Assembly: GCA_047967505.1 (NCBI GenBank)
Contig: CM106538.1
Source of the DNA: Dipteris shenzhenensis
Taxonomy: Eukaryota
DNA: 64,000 nucleotides
Direction: 5' to 3' (one strand)
Shown: one piece after another, positions 38,701 to 46,280 of the stretch
How positions within the stretch are numbered: the stretch's first letter is position 1
Layout of the letters: the number at the start of each line of letters is the position of its first letter
The notes under the pieces: model-generated
Seen by the model: only the letters and a program-made list of their open reading frames with translations
The model's database searches: none
What the model was told of the DNA's origin: nothing
Made by a program: the position numbers and the translations under genes

Positions 38701-41700
38701 AGGGCCTAATGCAAAGGTTGTGCCTAGGGGCAAAGAATTTAATGCATCCCAAGAGAGGGGTGAAATGTTGCATTAGGAAGGCCCTATATGGATGACATGT
38801 GGCATCTAGATCTATCTAGGGAATTGGGGCTTGTTGATTCTAGAGAGAGAAGAGAAGGAAATTATTCACGTATGATTTCGAACGGAATATCTCTGTCTGC
38901 TCGTCAGCCTCAGCAAGATCTGGCTAGGAGGTTATTCATGGTGCTGCTCCCGTGATCTGCAATAGCCCCCCCTCCATGTAAGAAAACAAGTGAGTCCACC
39001 GGATGATGGCCATCTCTGGAGGCCATTGTATATGATCAGATCATACACTATTCCCATCACAAGTAGGTGCCGCCCATACCCTGTCACGTGTGGAGCATTT
39101 GCTGAGTGTCTCACTATCCCGAGCTCAGCTGCATCTAACTCTGGTACTATGAGGGAATTGGATGCAAAGTCTTGTAGTCCCACCTGGTTGTCCCCTGTGC
39201 GTGCATTGAAGTTACCAAGGAGGAGGGTGTCACCGTGTCTAGAGAACTCTGTGATATCATCATGTATACTCTCATACGGGCTGTTCCCTTCTGTGGCAAC
39301 CTCACGTGCATAGGATGATGTATCCGGAGGAAAGTAGCACACCGCAATGAAGATTGGCCGTGCCTCTGGTATCTTAACTCTAATCCACATGTGCCGTGCA
39401 TGTTCCTCTTCCCTAACCACTGAAAGGAGTGGCCTCAGTTTTGATTTGAAGAGGACAGCCACACCCCAAGAACCTCGTACTCCACTATCCCTCCTCAATT
39501 CCCTCCTATGGGAAAACTCCCATGTGTATCCTATCACAGTGGGCAGCCCTCTCTCTGGGCTCTCGTGTGTCTCGGTGTAGAAGACCATATCTCTATTACT
39601 GTATGTCTCCAAGAACCCTCCTTGGTCGGACCAAACGGTGCCATTACAATTCCATACTGCCATCTTCAGTTTGTTTTGCATACTTGTCCCATTGTTCAGA
39701 CACCATCATGTGCTGTCCCCTTCTCCTGCTTGTCGTACTTCTGTTTTTGCCCTCTCTTAAATGATGAGAGAGAGAGAGAGACAGAAAGAAAGAAAGAAAT
39801 TTTATTAGAGTCTTAGGAAGACCGATGGGTCTATGAGACTGAAAGGAAACTTGATACAAATCACAGTAAGGATGGAGCTACTGAAACGAGCATCATCACC
39901 CATGCTGAATCCTAAGTCTGATCATACATAATCAAATCAAATACATCTAGATGTAACAATGAAAAGAAAAGGGCTGGAGCGGAGCGGAATCCTCCGTATG
40001 TCATGTCACCCTAGCTGATGCATAGCCGGTGATGGGACGTTGGTGCGCGTCAAGGGGTGATGTACGTCTCGGTCTCCTAGACGAGGCTCGACGCAAGACC
40101 AGAGCCATCGTGACTCCCGTGGGACGTATCTCGAGTCTAAACGATGACGGGAGGTCCCCCAGAGTGATCTGTGTGTCCCCTCGATGTCTCGTGTGTCGTG
40201 CTGCGGTCGCCGGGTCAGGGTCTCTGTCACATCTGTGGCTAGAGACTAGACGATCAATGTCACTCGATGGGAAGAACTCTGTGATCCTGCTCTGAGAGGT
40301 GCCTGATGATGTGGCCAAGCCCCGTCGCCTGAGTAAGTACTCTCTGTGTTGGACCCCCTCGTGAATGAAGGCCGCGAGGCATCTCTGATCTGGGTAGGCG
40401 AGGAATCTGGAAAGGAGCCCGGAGCTGTCTCTGAAGAGGTAGTGGTAGTGACCTTGGATCTCGTAGTACAATGGGCACCTGAAAATAAAATGCTCCTCCG
40501 ACTCGACCTCTCGACAATCGCACAATATGCATAAGCGATGCTCCCTAGGAATCCCCTCTGCTCTGCCGCTCTCTATACGAAGGTGGTGTGATGATACCCA
40601 AAACTGTCCGATGGAGATCCGTAGTAAGTGAGGCATATGAAGCTCAGTGTACCCCGGTGGTGTGATGAATCCCTCCTCCGAAATACGAAATAGGTAATCT
40701 CTGTAGAAACTCAGCTTCACTGGAAGCTCCCTCGGCTCCAACCAGATCTGAAGATGTGTAGCTACAGGAGATCCTCACGAATGACCTAGTTGGTGTGTGG
40801 CCCGATCGGGATGGTGGGTGGGAGTACCGGAGGGGCCTCTAAACTATACTAAAAAGGAGGTCTCCTATCGATGTGGAATCCTAGTCTCACAACCATCTGT
40901 GAGTCCATGCATACCAGCATCGCTCGTCTCCCTCTGTTGCCAACCTCATGGAGAAATCGAGAGCCAACCATGGCAACCTCTGTCTCCCTGATGTGTAGTC
41001 CCCATGTGATCTAACCTAGTGTAGATATATAATGGTCTGCAAGGCTACATCTAGCTGGAATGGAGAAGCACCAAACTCGGCCTGAATGATGTGATGTGGT
41101 ACAGACGGTTTTCCTCGAATCATCCGTGAGAGCATGAGGATCTGTAGGCGCTCCACCTGTGTCCACTCTATCTCTGACATGTCAGGCTCCCAACAAGGGC
41201 TGCCATACATACCGGCTGGTCGGACCAAGGAGTCGAAGAGAAGAGCCTTGGTCCAAGGGTCTTGGAAGTGGGAGTGGAAGCATTGTCTCTCTAGCCGAGC
41301 TAGTGAGGCGTATCCCCTGCTCAGTCTGGCCTACATCGCTGGTCTCATTGTGAAGATCAGGCCGGAGAAGATGACCCCCAAGTAAGTGTATGAGGATACG
41401 ATCTCAACTGGTGACTCACCGAAAGTAAAAGTAAACTGCTTTCGTTGCATGTTTGCTCGAGAGGTGTTAAAGATCATGACCTTGGTCTTGCCAAGGTTGA
41501 CCTCCGAATCATGGTATAAACAAAAAGCCTGCAATGCATCCAGGTGTCGCTGGAGCCCCTTGGGTATGGACTACAAGAGCGCCATGTCATCTGCATAAAG
41601 AAGAATGCTAATGATGATCCCGGCAAGTGAGCAACTGGTCCCTCCGAACGCCCCCATGAAAGTCTCAAGCTCATCGATGTAGCGGCCAAACAGGGTCGGT

Positions 41701-44700
41701 GATAAGGGACAACCCTGTTTGACTCCTATGGTACTCAAGATCTCATCTGTCCAACCTGCACCCGTCCGAACTCGGCCTGAGACTCTCTCATACAATGCCA
41801 TGACTGCCCAGATGATCTCCTGATCAAATCCCAGTGTCTGTAGGCGTGTGATGAGACGAGCTCGAGGTATTGTGTTAAAGGCTTTGCGGAAATCCACAAA
41901 GCAGCAATATATCCTCTCCTTCCGTGATCTAGCCTCCTCAATGACACTCCCGAGTGTGAGTATGTGATCCATAGTCCCATGGTCTCGCTTGAAACCGGCC
42001 CGACCCTCTGCTCTGAGCCCTCTCATTTCTGCGAACAGGCTAACCGACGCATCCAATACAGCTGCATAGATCTTGGACATCACATGTCCAATCATGATAG
42101 TCCTGTAGTTACTCGGGTCCATGGGATCCCCTGCCTTGTGGATGGGGGTGATGGTGTTGAGTGTCTAGGTGCGGGGGAAGCCAAGGCAAACATCGTCATT
42201 GAATAGCTTTGCTAGGATCGGGGCTAACATGTCAATCCCATATGCAATAAACTCAATGCATAGCCCCTCGTGATCCTTAGCTCGGCCATTGTGCAGTTTC
42301 AATGTCACATCCTTGACTCCCCTCTGGTGAACAACGAGCAAGTGGTGGGGCGATGTGTGTGTGAGATCTGGAGTGGGCTGGTGTGGGACATCATAAAGAT
42401 GGTGTGCAGACGTGTGCCAGACTCTCGTGTCGGTGAGGGGTGATGGAGACCTACACTCAAGGAATCTCCGCCAAAAATCCTTAGAGTTGTTGTTGTACAA
42501 GATGTGCAGCAGCTCCTCCTCATTTCGACGAAGAAATGCCTGCTTCTTCTGACGTACGAGATGTCGGTACTTGCGTATCCTGTATGGTGTGTTTGGGAGG
42601 TGACATTTGGTTCCAAGTCAGAGCTGTCGGCGATAAGCCTTGCACTCCGCATCGTACCAATTGTTGCCCAATCGTTGCAGGGTACAAAACCAAGAGGTGG
42701 TGGTCTAGTGGACTGTGGGGTATGGGGAAAGATTTGGAGGGCAGCCTCGTGGAGTGTGCGACTAATCAGGGCAGCACGGTCCTCTATGAGTGGTATGTGA
42801 TCGATGTAGGTTAGGAGTCTGTTTAGGCGTCCAGAGTAGGCCGATGAGAGGCTGTGATCAAAGTGTATGTCGTGGTAGGTGTCGTCTTCCTATGTGGTGT
42901 GTGTGGTGTGGCTAAGCGTGGGGTGGCGATAGTGAAGAATAGGTATGTCTGATCAGCTCCTGGAGGGAGTGGTGCTACAATGAATTTGGTGATACATGAA
43001 GTGAAGGTAGGGGATCCCATGATGTAATCTACTACACTAGTGCCCCCCCCGTGTGGGAAGCAAGTAAAGCCACCTGAGGAGGGCCATAGGTCAAGCCCGT
43101 TGTAGATGATGAGATCATGCATCCTGCCCAGATCAAGGAGCGTGTGTCCATATGGTGTAACAGGCCCGTGTCGGTCCAATGAGGTCTTGGTCATACCTGC
43201 TCTGTCTAGGTCCAGGTCTGGTAGCATGATAGAGTCGTCTCAGAAGTCCAGGAGTGGTGCCTGGCGTGTGCTCGTCCTGACGTTGAAGTCCCCCACAAGG
43301 AGAACTTCCCCGCGGGCTGAAATGTCTGGGATATCCTGATGTAAGGGTGCATATGGCAATGTCTCACCCACCTCTCGTGCCACTTTGGCGAAGTGGGATG
43401 TGTCTGGCGGGAAGTAGCATATTGCTATGAAAAGGTCACGGGTGTCTGTGCGTCGGATCCAGATCCACATGAATCGGGAGTGTGCATCCTTCCTCTCAAT
43501 GGAGATGGCTCCAACGAGGGAAGACCTGTACAATACTGCGACCCCGCCTGATCCTTGAACTCCTCCTGTATCCCTCGTCTCATCCCTGAAGGCTGACTCC
43601 CATGTGTAGCCACTGACTATCGGTAGTGGATGCTCTGGGCTCTGATGTGTCTCCGTGTAAAAGACTATGTCTCGTCCTGTATAAGACTCCGAGAAGTTCC
43701 CTGGGTCTGACCATAAGGTACCATTACAGTTCCAAATGGTGCAATCTAGGGTCTCAGAAACCTAAGTCTTATAGGCCCCGTCCCCCTAGGGGGTACCGGT
43801 GGGAGCCCGACGGGTGCCGGTCAACAACCTACCATCTCGGACCACGGCCCATTTCCCCTCCTTGCGAGCAACATCCCGCTGCTGCAAAAGAACTCGTTGC
43901 TCCTCAATCTGTAGTGGTGTCAAATCCTCGTCCATGGACGAGGATGTCTATGAGTCTATGAAAATAAACTATATAGATCAAAATCTAGAAAGGAGTGTGT
44001 AGCATCTCTTTACAAATTACATCATTAACCTAGTATTATTTACTATCTTTTTTCACCGCTTCCCTTCTTTGTAAATTGCCTAGTTACTTTGTTTTGGATA
44101 GAGTTATTTTAGGTAAGCCAAGGCTGGGCCTTTATGGAAAGAAACTTTGTAGGACATTGCTTCTAGAATAGGGGTTGGATGCTAAAGATAGTAATGCTTG
44201 GCTCATAAATACAAGCTAGGGGCTTAATATTTGGGATGTCCTAGGAAAAGGCATTTCCTAGGGAGGGACATGGACCTGTTTGCCAAGGTGTAGCAGCCTA
44301 GAAAGGGGCATGTGGTATGGGATGCCTGACTAGACATTCAAGTGGACTAGTTGCCTTATTAGTTTTCTAGAGGTGGTGACATGGGGAATGCTTATGTGGC
44401 TGTTCAAGTCGGAGCAAGATTTCGAGTTTGAGGGCTGCGGACAGCTTCCCCAGCTCACCTAATTGAGAATGGCTCAATGACTGGATCAAAGGTATCTTTG
44501 ATTACCGTGATACCCATAGGAGAACCTCTCGGCCCCTTGAGGCTGACCATAGTGAGCAAAGGAAAGTGACGAAGCATTATAACAAGGATCCTTCATTTTG
44601 GTTGTGTATTCATGATGACCTTTACGATCATGTTGCGATTTCAAATTCTTATTGTAATCAGGTTTGAGACTGAATCTGGGCTTTTGATGTTGCTTTCTAC

Positions 44701-46242
44701 TCTCTGGTATTAGGATTGTATCATTCCGATTACTAAGTTTGTAAGTTGTCCTATGAATGGGATAAACTGTTAAGAATCAGTTCAGGTTGGTCTCTTCTCG
44801 CGATGCATGGTCGAGTAATCTAGCAAGTCTTTGAATGATTAAATTATCATTTACAATCAAAACCTCTCAGAGCTCTATCATGGAGTTCTTTCAGCTAGAT
44901 CACATGGACCCCCACGAGACGAGGCCTCGACATGACCGTGACCCGGAGCCTGTGACCCGACAGCTCAGACAGCAGGGTCGACACACAGATCACACTCAAG
45001 GGCATCCCCTCCTTCTTTAGAGTTAGAGCCCGACCAACGGGGGTCACAGTAGCCTTGGTCAAATGCAGAGCTACGACCAAGAGACGTGCCAGGACCGCAC
45101 CTCTAAGTGGCCGACAACACTCTATTACTGACTTCATGCCTCCACTGCCCCATCCATCCTGATATCTTGCTGCTGCCAATGATGATGATGATATTGATGA
45201 CGATGCTGAGACTGATATATAGTCGACCATCAACATGACTATGTTGTACTTAGGACTGAGTACTGTTATTCTGCATTTTTGCATTTTGCATTGGTATGGA
45301 TGCTCGTTTAGTAGCTCCACTACCACAGCTTGTTGTATCAGGATTTTCACAGTCTCATAGACCCATCAGTCTTCCGAAGACTTTAATAAACTTTCTTTCT
45401 TTCTTTCTTTCTAGACTATATCGCTAAGCTGTCTTTTTATAACTATTGCAATTTGCATGCTTGCATCCTCAGAGCTAATTTGTAATGCTTTCAAATATTA
45501 TTTTGCCAAGGGATGACGTAATTTTTAGTAGCAAGTTTGTGAGAGTGTGAGTATGTTGGCCTGCCTCATCATAACTTGCAAGGCAACCAAATCACTTGGC
45601 TATATTACGCAGATGGCATGACCATTTTGAGGAATCTCATGTCTAAAGTGGTAGGTTAGACCTTAGGGCATAGGCTAGACCACCCAAATGAAGTGTCATA
45701 CCTCACACACATCCACCATGGATGCAGCGGATGGGGTGCCACATCGCACAATTCTATTGTTCAGTCTCAGGTGGCTTTGCCACGTCACGTGGAGATGCAC
45801 TCACCACTCACACTCTCTAGGGCAGCATGAGAGTTCATGCATGCATGCGTGTTCGTACATTAGACTCCCTCTGTGTAGTTTCAGCTACCTCCTTTTTCCT
45901 TCAAGTGGAAGTGCAGTAATGTATGCAGCTAAGGCATCCTAACAGACCGAGAGATTTAATTGCACAACCTATGACAGGTTAAAGCCCTGGCTTTTACATG
46001 AAGCCAAGGTAGCTTCACCCTCACACTTCCTCACCCATTAGTTTAGGGTTTAGTTACATATTGTGGATTCATAGTGTGAGCAACTTGGTTGCTGCATTTT
46101 TCAGCTTGCATATTGTAGTAGTGATTGTCATTTCTATTGCAGATATTCATCATGTGAGCAGCTTAGTTGCTGCATTTTTTTAGCTCTTGAATTGTAGCTA
46201 GCTATTGGCATTTCTCTTGCAACAGTTCATTGTGTGTGTGTG

Positions 46243-46280
<38 letters not shown>

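Noticed and set aside
43998-44855. Possible solo LTR (TGTA...TTACA; TGTAAAT at 44070 / ATTTACA at 44855)
   Set aside because: No matching TSD for either candidate start and no second copy in the window; left unannotated.
46075-46226. Alternative acceptors (ttgcag, caacag) for the terminal PAT1 exon
   Set aside because: They lie in a local duplication and give IFIM* or microsatellite-derived peptides. 48462 has a better branch point and peptide, though only cDNA can settle it.
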